From Ancylobacter novellus (lineage in GTDB: Bacteria > Pseudomonadota > Alphaproteobacteria > Rhizobiales > Methylopilaceae): 64,000 bases of DNA. Shown here piece by piece: positions 10,696 to 19,990 of this stretch. Where the stretch lies: NCBI GenBank assembly GCA_003241695.1, contig QFPN01000007.1, forward strand, positions 72,954 through 136,953. The letters are read 5' to 3'. The notes beneath the pieces were generated by a model that saw only the letters and a program-made list of their open reading frames with translations, did not search any database and was not told the origin of the DNA. Both the position numbers and the translations under genes were made by a program. How positions within the stretch are numbered: position 1 is the first letter of the stretch; each line of letters starts with the position of its first letter.

Positions 10696-10925
10696 GCGGG
10701 CCGGGCTGGCTGGAGGCCGCGCCGGTAGCCTAGGGAGACCGCGCGATCCGCCTCTGCTCTCGCCCGCTCCACTTCCGCAAGCTGGACCAGCAGCGCGCCG
10801 ATCGCCTCTCGCGGGTCGCCATGCGCCTGTTCGATCAGCGCCTCAATCTCAGCGGCCTGCGCCGCGAGGCGTTCGTCCGCAAACATCTCGTCGATCGACT
10901 CGGCCGGCCCCGCCTGTCGTGCCAT
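10692..10925 (-). CDS. hypothetical protein, first gene of SRAP operon
   Basis: [31 protein letters not shown]; 4-nt overlap with the next gene. Confidence 0.65.
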   Translation of the reverse strand: MARQAGPAESIDEMFADERLAAQAAEIEALIEQAHGDPREAIGALLVQLAEVERARAEADRAVSLGYRRGLQPARPA

Positions 10926-10959
10926 GGTCCCATCTCCCTCGTGACGGGACATGGATTCC

Positions 10960-11139
10960 ATGAGAACGAATAGAGAACAAGAACCGAATCCCGGACACGA
11001 ACTTCGAGAGATGGCCAGCGCGATCCGAGCGCTTCAGGTTCGAGCGAAACGCGCCGGCGAGAGTACGCTTTCGTACCTTCTCGACATGGCTGCGATGGAG
11101 GCGGAAGCGCGGGCGCGGCGCGTCCTAAGCGAGTCTTGA
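10960..11139 (+). CDS. small hypothetical protein
   Basis: ..AKRAGESTLSYLLDMAAMEAE..; followed by a hairpin; true start may be further downstream. Confidence 0.5.
   Translation: MRTNREQEPNPGHELREMASAIRALQVRAKRAGESTLSYLLDMAAMEAEARARRVLSES
10964..10978. promoter_or_regulatory. alphaproteobacterial LexA box GAAC-N7-GAAC
   Basis: GAACgaatagaGAAC about 40 nt upstream of the leftward SRAP operon. Confidence 0.75.
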
Positions 11140-11148
11140 CTGAGGACA

Positions 11149-11173
11149 AGCCCCGCCGAGCGGCGGGGCTCTT
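11149..11173. terminator. hairpin terminator between convergent genes
   Basis: AGCCCCGCC-gagc-GGCGGGGCT. Confidence 0.6.
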
Positions 11174-11202
11174 CAGTTCTAAGCCTGCAGATGCGAGCGG
11201 TG

Positions 11203-11604
11203 TCACGCGGCTGCAAGGATAGGCGGTCGGGCGGCGGCGGCAGGAGGGGGATCATCGTCAGGCCCGCTGGATTCTTTCTTGACGCGGGGAGGCATAATCC
11301 CGCGCTTCCGGCGGCGCCTGAAGAACTGGATGGGCCGCGCAGGCGAGACCTCATCTGTGTCGAGCGCCCGCAAAGCATCCATGATTGCATCAATCTTCAC
11401 GATAGCCCCGCTCTCGAGCTGTCTCAGCGTCGGAGCGTGCTCGACGGCGTGAGCATCAGAGGCCCAGGAGGCGAGCAGAGCGCGTTTCGCCTCGACGTCC
11501 AGTGTCCGGTCCGCCAACACCTCTTCAGGATGACAGAAGACAGCTTCAATGCCCGCCACGCCTCGGGCGAAATCCGACTTTCGCGTGGTTTCGATCTTGG
11601 TCAT
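11203..11604 (-). CDS. conserved-looking hypothetical protein
   Basis: GGAG RBS; HPEEVLAD..KRALLASWASDAHAVE..DDDPPPAAA. Confidence 0.7.
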   Translation of the reverse strand: MTKIETTRKSDFARGVAGIEAVFCHPEEVLADRTLDVEAKRALLASWASDAHAVEHAPTLRQLESGAIVKIDAIMDALRALDTDEVSPARPIQFFRRRRKRGIMPPRVKKESSGPDDDPPPAAAARPPILAAA

Positions 11605-11900
11605 CTCCGATCTCCGCAGTTTGCGGGTTTCTGAAATCGCGGGCCGCGCTGGCTCGCGCAGAAAAATGTGTGATCGTCGAAATGTGACGTCAAGAACTAC
11701 CCGCAGATCGCGCTTTGCCCGTGATGGGGCGCCGCAGTGCTCAGGAGCCTTCGCGTTTCCAGCGGCGACGCCTCCGAAAACGAAGAAAACGCCCCGCCCG
11801 GCGCGAAGCCGACCGGGGCGCCGTAGGTCGCACAAGCCAATTTGCTACGACGGGATAACATCTTAGTCTCGTCACTCTTCGAATCAGCGAGGCATCGACC

Positions 11901-12317
11901 ATGGGTACGATTACGTCCGTCGCCAAAGCCTTCTTTGAAGCGTGCGAGACGGGTGGCGGATGGGAAGCGTGCGAGCGCTTCTGCACGCCTGACGCCAGCT
12001 TCTCCGCACAGGCCGACGCTCTTTCAGGCGTTACCACGCTGCGAGACTATACCGAATGGATGAAGGGGCTGCTGACCTTCATCCCTGACGGACGCTATGA
12101 GGTAAAGTCGTTCGCGACGGACGACGAGCGTCAGAACGTAAGAGCCTTCGGCGTCTTCAGCGGAACGCACACCGGTGAAGGCGGCCCGTGCGCGCCCACC
12201 GGCAAAAGCACCGTAACCGACTACGTTTATTCAATGGAGTTTGACGGCGAGAAGATCAGCCACATGACAAAGATCTGGAACGACGCTCGCGCCGTCAGAG
12301 AGCTTGGCTGGGCCTGA
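11901..12317 (+). CDS. SnoaL/NTF2-like (ester cyclase) protein
   Basis: AKAFFEAC..GVFSGTHTG..PTGKS..DYVYSMEFDGEKI. Confidence 0.85.
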   Translation: MGTITSVAKAFFEACETGGGWEACERFCTPDASFSAQADALSGVTTLRDYTEWMKGLLTFIPDGRYEVKSFATDDERQNVRAFGVFSGTHTGEGGPCAPTGKSTVTDYVYSMEFDGEKISHMTKIWNDARAVRELGWA

Positions 12318-13053
12318 CGCCCCGATCTTTCCACCTACCGCCCTGGAGCACCGCGACGGGGGACGACTGGAAGAGCATCGCTCTTAGGATAAGGGGCGCG
12401 GGGCGGCCCGGCGGGGGCACGATCCACATCTGGTTTTCCCCGCCAAAAGGGTCTTCGGCCCTGCGGCCCCGCACCTCCTGGCGAAGCAGCGCCACCTGTG
12501 TCTTCAGATCGCCGATCGCCCCCATGATCATGTCGCGGGCGGCCTGATTTGCGGTGCGATCCGCCTCGCGGTCGCGGAGGCGTTCGTCGCGCCCGTCGCT
12601 CAGCTTCTTGCCCAACTCGGCGACGGTTCCCTCGAGGCGACGGAAGTCAGAGTACCCGACGCGCCAGCTCTTGAACTCTTCCTCGGACCGCGCCCGCCAC
12701 GTGTCGATGTCTGCGATCCGAGCGCTGCGGTCCTTGTCGATCCGGTCGACGCCGGTCAGGGCCGACTTCGCGAGCCCTTCGATGCGGTCCATGCGGTCCG
12801 CCTGATCGCGCTGCGCATTGACGGTCACGCCGATCAGCGCCGTAAGCACAATGCCGACCACGACGTTCACCAGGCCGCCATAACGCTCGTACCACGACTT
12901 TACCGGCGGAGGCGCGGCGTCCTCCTTGCGCCGGTCCCGACGCATCGACTCCAACGTGTCGGACATTTGTTCGAGCTTCTGGCGCAAGACTTCACGATCC
13001 AGCTTTGTGCCGGAGAGCAGGTCATCCGGCTCCCCTTCCGCGTATGCTCCCAC
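12295..13053 (-). CDS. phage membrane-anchored coiled-coil protein in lysis region
   Basis: One TM segment (LVNVVVGIVLTALIGVTV) followed by coiled coil; directly downstream of the holin-like gene. Confidence 0.65.
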   Translation of the reverse strand: MGAYAEGEPDDLLSGTKLDREVLRQKLEQMSDTLESMRRDRRKEDAAPPPVKSWYERYGGLVNVVVGIVLTALIGVTVNAQRDQADRMDRIEGLAKSALTGVDRIDKDRSARIADIDTWRARSEEEFKSWRVGYSDFRRLEGTVAELGKKLSDGRDERLRDREADRTANQAARDMIMGAIGDLKTQVALLRQEVRGRRAEDPFGGENQMWIVPPPGRPAPLILRAMLFQSSPVAVLQGGRWKDRGVRPSQAL

Positions 13054-13057
13054 CAGA

Positions 13058-13420
13058 TCAGGCCAGCGGCCGGGTCGTGGTCTCGCGGCCGTACCAGGCC
13101 CAGGCGAGGCCGCCGATCGTCAGCACGGTCGTCGCGACTGTCGACACGTCGTCGGCGTTCCACGTCTGGCCGAAGGCCCCGGCGAGGATCACGATCGTCT
13201 TGGCTAGGCCGGTCATCTGGAGGATCTGCGCCGCGCCGGCGGCGACGATGCCCTGGATCGTTTCGGACGCCAGCCGAGAGACCGGCTTCAGCGCAGGCGC
13301 GATGGCCGGATCGGTCACGACGCGGCGGGCGACGTCGGACGGAGGAGCGTCCGCCGGCAGGGCGCGGACGGCGCTCTCCACGGCGTCGGCGAGCTTCGGC
13401 TTGGTGATGGGCTTGGTCAT
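13058..13420 (-). CDS. putative holin
   Basis: 120 aa, 2-3 hydrophobic helices, C-terminal WAWYGR; downstream of the endolysin. Confidence 0.6.
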   Translation of the reverse strand: MTKPITKPKLADAVESAVRALPADAPPSDVARRVVTDPAIAPALKPVSRLASETIQGIVAAGAAQILQMTGLAKTIVILAGAFGQTWNADDVSTVATTVLTIGGLAWAWYGRETTTRPLA

Positions 13421-13744
13421 GGTCGTCAGTCCTTCGTGACGAGCCGGCAGGCTTTGCGCGGCTTCTCGGGCTTGGGAGTCGGATCGACGACAGCGCTGAT
13501 CGCGGGGCGGCGGCGCGCCAATACCGTTCCGTCTCGGCTGTGGATGCGGCGAGAAGGATGGCTTCGAGCGCAGAAGCCGGCGGACGGAACGGCGAACCGC
13601 CTTTGTTCGACCGGGGTCTAAAAGATTGCGCGCGTCAGATCGTTGAAGCTCAGAATCTCTCGCATTAGCTAGATTTTACCGAGAGCGGGAGCCTCAAAGC
13701 GCCTGTTGCTGTCACGCCGCGTTGTTTTCGCGTTCCGCCCCAAG

Positions 13745-14032
13745 ATGGTTTCGGCGATGCACGAAGAAGCCCTCGCCGAAATTTCGAATAAAAAAGTCGC
13801 TCCTCTATTGGAGATCTTCGTTGTTGAGATCTGTTTCTTCGAGAGCGGGGAAGATTTTGAGCCTATTTCACGGCTCCCCAACGTCTCGGTTTCGGTGCAG
13901 GGGGCGACAATCAAGGCGCAGTTGGCGCTCTTGGACCCCAGTTATCGGACGCGCGCGAATGGCTTTCGCATCCTGGCGGATGAGGGAGCCGAGATTCTTC
14001 GATCGCACGGCGACGAGTTCCAGAACGATTAG
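13745..14032 (+). CDS. small hypothetical protein (moron-like, antisense to the late operon)
   Basis: Lower-GC ORF between holin and endolysin; start uncertain. Confidence 0.4.
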   Translation: MVSAMHEEALAEISNKKVAPLLEIFVVEICFFESGEDFEPISRLPNVSVSVQGATIKAQLALLDPSYRTRANGFRILADEGAEILRSHGDEFQND

Positions 14033-14220
14033 CGGCCTTGAAGACCCCGCCTCTTTCATGGGCAGCGGGCGTTCGTTCGCCCATTTTCGAGGCTGCAATC
14101 GCCTTAAGTGCGTGCACCTTGCAGAAGAATGATGCAGGGTAGGCGTGTGCCGCTTTGATCCTTTGGGATCCTGGCGGTGCGGGCCGGCGAGTGGTCCCCC
14201 AGATCTTCCGCCGGCCCGCT

Positions 14221-14400
14221 TCACGCTCCGACCCTCGCTTCCAGCGCCGCGATCATCCGCTTGAGGATCAGGAGCCGCCCAGACAGGTCGTCGGGCTCCG
14301 GCTCTGAAGGCTCGGGCGTCGCGACCCTGAGCGCCGCCTCGAAGCTTTCCGCGTAGCCCTTGATCAGGTCCGCCTTGTCGGTCCCGTTGACGACCTGACG
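14221..14400 (-). pseudogene. C-terminal relic of a second, GH19-like endolysin
   Basis: Own translation: RQVVNGTDKADLIKGYAESFEAALRVATPEPSEPEPDDLSGRLLILKRMIAALEARVGA*. Confidence 0.65.
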
Positions 14401-14794
14401 AGTGTTGCGGCGCGGCCACTCTCGCCAACACTCGGCTGATCGCCGTTACTATCCAGGACTTGCTGGATATTCAGAACCGTCCAGCATCGGCGGATCAGGA
14501 CTGCGGCGACGTCATTGCGCGATTTGCACCCTCGCTGCGCGGTGACCGTCGTGCTATGTACTCAGCTTGGGTGTCACTCAATTTGGTCGTCGGGAGGCGG
14601 TTAAAGTCGCGCCCCATCAAACAGGCCGTAATGTGCTTGGGCGACATCGCGCTGAAAGAGATGACGTCCGAAGGGCGCTTCGTTTAAGGACAACGGCGCG
14701 GCTTCCAAGTTCACGTCGGTAACACGGACGGCAAGCTCGCGACGCCGTCCACCTCCTTGATGAAGGTCGGGCAGTCGAGCAGATGGACTGTAGC

Positions 14795-15670
14795 TCAAGC
14801 TGCGGCGGCCCAGGTCTTCGGCCCGACGACGCCGTCCGTGAAGAGCCCCCGCGCCTTCTGCCAGGCCTTGGTCGCCGTCTCGGTCGCAGCCCCGAACACG
14901 CCGTCCGCCCCGCCGTCGAAGCGATAGCCGGCGGCAAGCAGGAGCTCCTGCCAGATCACGACAAGCGGCCCTCGCGAGCCGCGGCCGATCCGCATGCGCG
15001 GCAGGACGATGGAACCGGGGCCGGCGGCCGGGAGATACGGCGTGTCGGAAATCGCCCGCCACTTGTTGTGCGCGGCCGCGAGGCGCGTGTGATAGCCGTG
15101 GGTCGCGTAGGATGATCCGTTGTAGCCGCGGGCGACGCCACGACAGTCGTCGCCTGTCGTCGGTCTCTTTAGCGCCGCGAGCGCCCGGAGATCGTCGTCG
15201 AGCTTCGCCGCCGTCACGAAGCTCACCATGGCCGCGAGATGGGCGGCCTCGCCGTCCATGAACGCGCGCACCATGGCCTGCGGCGTGTCGAAACCGGCGG
15301 CGACGCAGTTCTCGCCGAGGATCTGACCGAGCCCCCAGGAAGCCGCCTTGAGCGCCACCGTCTCGTCGACCGCCATGGCGAGCGCGATGCGCGGATAGCT
15401 GTCGGCAGGGTAAGGCTTCTCGCCCCACTTCGGATAGGCGAGACCGAGGCGCACGAGCTCGGCCCGGACTGCGCCCGACGAGTTGCGATAGGCGACGTGC
15501 GGCTCGTAGAGCGCTTTCGGGCGCCCGGTCTTGTCGAAGCCCGAGCCGGCCGCCTCCACGTCGAGCAGCATGTGCAGCTCGTCTTCGCCGACGCCGATGG
15601 GCGCGCCGATCCTCGGGAGGTCGATGTCGTCAAGGCGCGCGGCCGCGCCCTGGAAACCGTTCCAGGTCAT
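14795..15670 (-). CDS. endolysin: N-acetylmuramidase (DUF3380) plus C-terminal peptidoglycan-binding domain
   Basis: DVEAAGSGF..PKALYEPH..SWGLGQILGEN..ARGYNG; DGVFGAATETATKAWQ..DGVVGPKTW. Confidence 0.92.
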   Translation of the reverse strand: MTWNGFQGAAARLDDIDLPRIGAPIGVGEDELHMLLDVEAAGSGFDKTGRPKALYEPHVAYRNSSGAVRAELVRLGLAYPKWGEKPYPADSYPRIALAMAVDETVALKAASWGLGQILGENCVAAGFDTPQAMVRAFMDGEAAHLAAMVSFVTAAKLDDDLRALAALKRPTTGDDCRGVARGYNGSSYATHGYHTRLAAAHNKWRAISDTPYLPAAGPGSIVLPRMRIGRGSRGPLVVIWQELLLAAGYRFDGGADGVFGAATETATKAWQKARGLFTDGVVGPKTWAAAA

Positions 15671-15694
15671 GCAGGTCTCCGATGTGAAGATATG

Positions 15695-15718
15695 AAAAAG
15701 CCGCCCTCGGGGGGCGGC
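15695..15718 (-). terminator. intrinsic terminator upstream of the endolysin
   Basis: Minus strand GCCGCCC-ccga-GGGCGGC-TTTTT. Confidence 0.65.
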
Positions 15719-15879
15719 CATGCTGCTTCAGATCAAGCCCGCGGCGGCTTCGACGGCGGGACGTTCAATGGCTTGGCGGCGTGATGACGCCGGACAGTCG
15801 GATTGTAACGACCAAAATTGACGCTAAGACTTTTGTATCGAATTGGAACTCGCGACGTATTCCTAGCGTTCAGCGGCCC

Positions 15880-16086
15880 ATGAACCGTATTACGCTTTCT
15901 CGGCCAGAGTATTTAATTTTACAGCTTCTGGCGGAAATGGAACTTCCTATAGAATTTGACGGCGATGCCGCGTCTGCGTTGATCCAGTACGGCTTTATCG
16001 AACGTGGCGCTCTCGGAGTAAGAATTACAGACGCTGGCAGGATGCGCGCTATGTGTCCGCTTCACATAGATGACGAAGACATCTAG
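15880..16086 (+). CDS. small hypothetical protein, winged-helix-like
   Basis: ILQLLAE..ALIQYGFIE..VRITDAGR; AT-richer island. Confidence 0.5.
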   Translation: MNRITLSRPEYLILQLLAEMELPIEFDGDAASALIQYGFIERGALGVRITDAGRMRAMCPLHIDDEDI

Positions 16087-16313
16087 GCGGCGCCAAAATT
16101 TACCATTCCCTTTTTAATCAAGAGAAGAGTTCGATACTCCTCCCACTGCCGCAGTTCCCGTCTTGAACTTTCCAAGAGAGCATCAAGCGCGGAAGTGTCC
16201 AGTTTTGCCTCTCTCAATCGGAATAAGACATCGCATTGCGCATGCAATTGGGCCGTCGTCTCGTGAATGCGTTCGTCCGCAAAACTGATCTGCTTTTCGA
16301 CCTCATTGACCAA
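16083..16313 (-). CDS. small helical hypothetical protein
   Basis: GGAGG RBS before TTG; amphipathic helices. Confidence 0.5.
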   Translation of the reverse strand: MVNEVEKQISFADERIHETTAQLHAQCDVLFRLREAKLDTSALDALLESSRRELRQWEEYRTLLLIKKGMVNFGAA

Positions 16314-16561
16314 AGCGCGCCTCCTGAAAAACCCCTCTGCTTCCAGTCATGTATGCTGATTGCGAGAATAACCGCGTTTCCTGCGCATTTGGTTGCATGC
16401 AAGCTTTTAAACTTTCGTCCTAATCAGCATCATCCATTCTCTGACCTGCATGACTGCAGAAAGGAAAAAGGCCGCTGTGTGAGCGGGCGACAGTCAACGC
16501 TTTACTGGCCGCGTGCGCCTGATAGGAATCCTGTCTGCGCAACTTATGCGGGACGTCCGCC

Positions 16562-16783
16562 ATGCCTTATCGCGTCAGCAGCGGCCCGGCCGAGGGCCGC
16601 ACCATCATCGTCGCCCATAGCGCTCAGGAAGCGTTGAGCCTCTATCGAATGCTGCAGGAGCAGGGAGCCGAGAACCTGGATATCGGTCACCTCGAACGTG
16701 GCCCCCTCACCATTAACGAGGTTTCGGCGATCGCCGCGACGGAAGCCGATCCTAGTCCTGAAACTCCTGCGCCGACCTCTTAG
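16562..16783 (+). CDS. small hypothetical protein
   Basis: MPYRV..SAQEALSLYRMLQEQGAENLDI; 73 aa. Confidence 0.5.
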   Translation: MPYRVSSGPAEGRTIIVAHSAQEALSLYRMLQEQGAENLDIGHLERGPLTINEVSAIAATEADPSPETPAPTS

Positions 16784-16972
16784 AGCGCCGTCACGCTCCA
16801 GCTTTCGCCGTTCCAGACGGCGGCAGCGGTCTCGGGGTCGTGGGTCGGCGCGGTAGGCCACCCGGTAGACGTGATCGTCGATGATCGCTCGCGGGTCGCG
16901 CGATCGTTCTCCAATGTCGGATATAAAAAAGCCCCCTGCGGGAGCGCGCGGGGAAGCGGCGACCTTAGAAGG

Positions 16973-19291
16973 TCAAGGCAGGTAGCAGGTTTCGATCGTG
17001 TAGCCGGCGAGCGTCAGGTTGTCGGTGTCGACCGCCAGCAACGCGTTGAAGTCGACCGGCCAATCGTTGGCCGTGTTTATCGAAGCGGTCTGCGGCGTGC
17101 CCGAGCCCGAGCCGTAGTTGACCGAGCCGGACGCCCCGACCTGGGAGCTCACAGAGCCGGCGTTCTGGACGGTGACGACCGACCGCGCATTGCTGCCGGA
17201 GGTGAGGGCCTGGCCGGACCAGATGTTGCCGTTGACGCGCGTGCGGCCAGTCTTGACGTTGGCGTTCACCGTCGAAGACGTCCAAAGCGCCGTGATCCGC
17301 GCCCAGCCGTTCGGGCCGAGAGATCCGCCCGGAATGGTCACGGTCTTCAGCGTCGTGGCTGCCGTCGAGCCCGTGAACGGGATCGCCACGCCGCTGGCCT
17401 CGATGCACCTCACGACGCCGGCCGCGGCGCCGACCGCATTGTACTGGTCCGCCCGACCGTCATATCTGACGGTCTTGGTCCCGTTCGCGACGAGGACGTC
17501 GAGCCGCACGCGCGCATTCGCGGGAGGCGTCCTGTAGAAGCCGCCGGACACACCGGCGCCGTGCATGTGGACGTTGAGGTAGATGTCGCCGTCGATCGGG
17601 GTGACGTCGCCGGTTTCGTCGTCGCTGCCGCCTTCGCCGATCGTTTCCGTGCCGCAGACCGCGAGATACTGGCACCCGGAAATCGTGCCGCCGAGCACTC
17701 GGAAGTCGCCGACCTTGCCTTGCGGCGTCGGGGTCTGAGGCTCGTCCGGGTCGGCGTCGTCCGGGACCGTCTTCGGCTTGAGGTTGAAGCGGATGGCGGC
17801 CGGCGCGACGCCGTCGAGCGTCGCATTGAGCCGGCCGATGATCACGCTTCGCACGTCCGGCGTCGGGCCCGGCCAGTCGGCGTTCGTGGTGACGTCGATC
17901 GCACGGCGCACGAGGCCGTGACCAGTGAGGCTCTCGACGATGAACCCATCGTTGTCGGTCGTTTGAAGAAGCTGCCAACACGCGTAGGGCGTGTCCTGCG
18001 CGATCGCCGTCGCGAGGCCGAACGTCGTCTCGCGCGTGTGGCTGGCGCGGATCAGCGCGGAGCCGCCGTGGCCCGCGCCCGTCCCAAGCCCGACGTCATA
18101 TCCGGTGACCTTGGTGACGGTCGTTTTGCGCCACTGCGCCTTGCCGCCGACGCCGTCCTCCGCGAGCGAGTTCATCGCGCCGTCGTTGAACTTGAACACG
18201 CACCCGCGCGAGCGCCGGCTGGTGACGTCGGCGAAGGTGTTGCCGACCGAGTCGCCATACCCCGGCGCATGTGCGCCACGGATGCAGTGCTCCTGATTGT
18301 CCGCGAAGTCGAACACGCCGAAGGAGCCGTTCTTTGAACCGCCCACCAGAATGCAGTTGTTGCCCGGAGACTTGGTCGCCCCGGCGGCCACGCCGAAGGT
18401 CTTGCCCCTCGGCATCGAATAGTCGGCGACGCCCATGAGCCGGAACGCGCGGAAGAATGTGTCGACCCGGAAATCCTTGATCCGCCAGCCGCGGCGCGGC
18501 GCGATCGGAGAGACGCCGTCGCGGATGGATTGCGCGGCGACCAGGAACGGTCGTCGGATGTTCTTCGATCTGAGATCGTTGATGTCCCACTCGTCCCCGT
18601 CGAAGCAGATCGAACCGTCGCGAAGGGTCCCGTCCCAGGCCCGGATGGCGAGAATGCCGCCGATCTGAACCCGGTTTTTGACGATGGCGGTTTCCTGGTT
18701 CTTCGAGCTCGCCTGCGCCGGCATCTCGAAGATCAGGTCTTCGAACGTGCTGTCGTCTCCGATCCAGACGTCGAACGGCGACGGATCGCCCGCCGGGACC
18801 ACCGGCTGAAGGCGCCCCCGCCCGACGGCCATCGAACCGTTCGGGATGATCAGCGCGCCGTGGCGATAAATCCTGTTCTTCGAGAAGCGGACCGGAAAAC
18901 CGCGCAGTACGCTCTCTTCAAACGCCTGCCGGAGCGCGACGGAGTTCGCGGCCAAAGCCTCCGGCGTCGTCACGCCGAAGCCGTCGACCGCGCCCTTGTC
19001 CTCGGGAAAAATGTCCTGAGAGCCGATGTTGATGCGGGCGTTAAGACGCAGCGCGCCGGTCGTCAGGTTCGACAGATCGGCCTTCGCCCGAGCCGCGATC
19101 ACCTGCGCGAGCTGGGTGACGTCGTCGGACGGGGTAAGCCCGTCGGCCAGGATCGCGTTGACGATCTCGCGCTGCGGCTGCTCCACCGCCGCGGCGGGCA
19201 CGCGCGACCCCGTCGTTCCGCCGGATGCGAGGTTACGCGGCGCATAGGGAGCGTTCGCGTCGGTCGCGCCGACCGGAGGCTGATATCTCAC
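16973..19291 (-). CDS. tail fibre/tailspike protein
   Basis: Mu-S-like N-terminus (GSRVPAAAVEQPQREIVNAI..GLTP..TQLAQ) followed by a beta-helix-like body; last gene of the baseplate module. Confidence 0.85.
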   Translation of the reverse strand: MRYQPPVGATDANAPYAPRNLASGGTTGSRVPAAAVEQPQREIVNAILADGLTPSDDVTQLAQVIAARAKADLSNLTTGALRLNARINIGSQDIFPEDKGAVDGFGVTTPEALAANSVALRQAFEESVLRGFPVRFSKNRIYRHGALIIPNGSMAVGRGRLQPVVPAGDPSPFDVWIGDDSTFEDLIFEMPAQASSKNQETAIVKNRVQIGGILAIRAWDGTLRDGSICFDGDEWDINDLRSKNIRRPFLVAAQSIRDGVSPIAPRRGWRIKDFRVDTFFRAFRLMGVADYSMPRGKTFGVAAGATKSPGNNCILVGGSKNGSFGVFDFADNQEHCIRGAHAPGYGDSVGNTFADVTSRRSRGCVFKFNDGAMNSLAEDGVGGKAQWRKTTVTKVTGYDVGLGTGAGHGGSALIRASHTRETTFGLATAIAQDTPYACWQLLQTTDNDGFIVESLTGHGLVRRAIDVTTNADWPGPTPDVRSVIIGRLNATLDGVAPAAIRFNLKPKTVPDDADPDEPQTPTPQGKVGDFRVLGGTISGCQYLAVCGTETIGEGGSDDETGDVTPIDGDIYLNVHMHGAGVSGGFYRTPPANARVRLDVLVANGTKTVRYDGRADQYNAVGAAAGVVRCIEASGVAIPFTGSTAATTLKTVTIPGGSLGPNGWARITALWTSSTVNANVKTGRTRVNGNIWSGQALTSGSNARSVVTVQNAGSVSSQVGASGSVNYGSGSGTPQTASINTANDWPVDFNALLAVDTDNLTLAGYTIETCYLP

Positions 19292-19977
19292 GGGGTCACC
19301 ATGATGGCGTGGAGTGGAACGAAGGGGGCCAGCGCCCGGCGCAGCTCCGCGTTGGTCGCGAAGGGGCCGCGGTCGACGACGCGGATGATCCAGTATTTCC
19401 AGACGTCTTCAGCCGCGACGGCGTCTAGGATGTCGACGTCGGCCGGATCGGGCGCCGGATCGTAGAAGCCCGCGCCGAGCTCGCTCGCGTCGACCTGGAA
19501 CTGGTCGGGCTCCTCGACGGTGATCGTCGCGCCGACGAGCTTCGCGAGGCCGATGAAATCCGCCGCCGACACGCAGGAGCCGCCGGCGTGGCGGATGCGC
19601 GCCGTCGCGATCCGCGCCTTCACCGTCGAAGCGAGCGGGCCGAAGGCGTCAGGCAGGCCGAGCTCCGCCTCCCAGTCCTCGAGGGACGTGACGATGGCGC
19701 TCGAAAAGATCTCGTTCGCGACCGTGGACTCCCGGACGTTGAGGTCGACGACCCAGGCGGCGATCGCGGTCCAGAACTGCGCCATGCGCGGCGAGACGCT
19801 GGCGGCGTTGCCGACCTCGTCGGTTCCCCAGGCCGGCCCGCGCGGCGTCAGCGCCACGACCTGCGGCAGGATCTCGGCGACGGTCGGGTCGGTCTGCTTG
19901 TCGACGACCTCCGGCGGGTCGATCGGAAGCCGCGCCGCAGGCCAGTCGGGCTGCAGAGTCCAGATCACGTTGGGCAT
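19288..19977 (-). CDS. baseplate protein (Mu gp48/DUF2313-like)
   Basis: LTPRGPAW..LEDWEAELGLPD; position after baseplate J. Confidence 0.85.
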   Translation of the reverse strand: MPNVIWTLQPDWPAARLPIDPPEVVDKQTDPTVAEILPQVVALTPRGPAWGTDEVGNAASVSPRMAQFWTAIAAWVVDLNVRESTVANEIFSSAIVTSLEDWEAELGLPDAFGPLASTVKARIATARIRHAGGSCVSAADFIGLAKLVGATITVEEPDQFQVDASELGAGFYDPAPDPADVDILDAVAAEDVWKYWIIRVVDRGPFATNAELRRALAPFVPLHAIMVTP

Positions 19978-19990
19978 GGCGGGGTTCGGC

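Noticed and set aside
12295..13053. Rz/Rz1 spanin pair
   Set aside because: The TM segment is not N-terminal and no nested or adjacent lipobox ORF was found.
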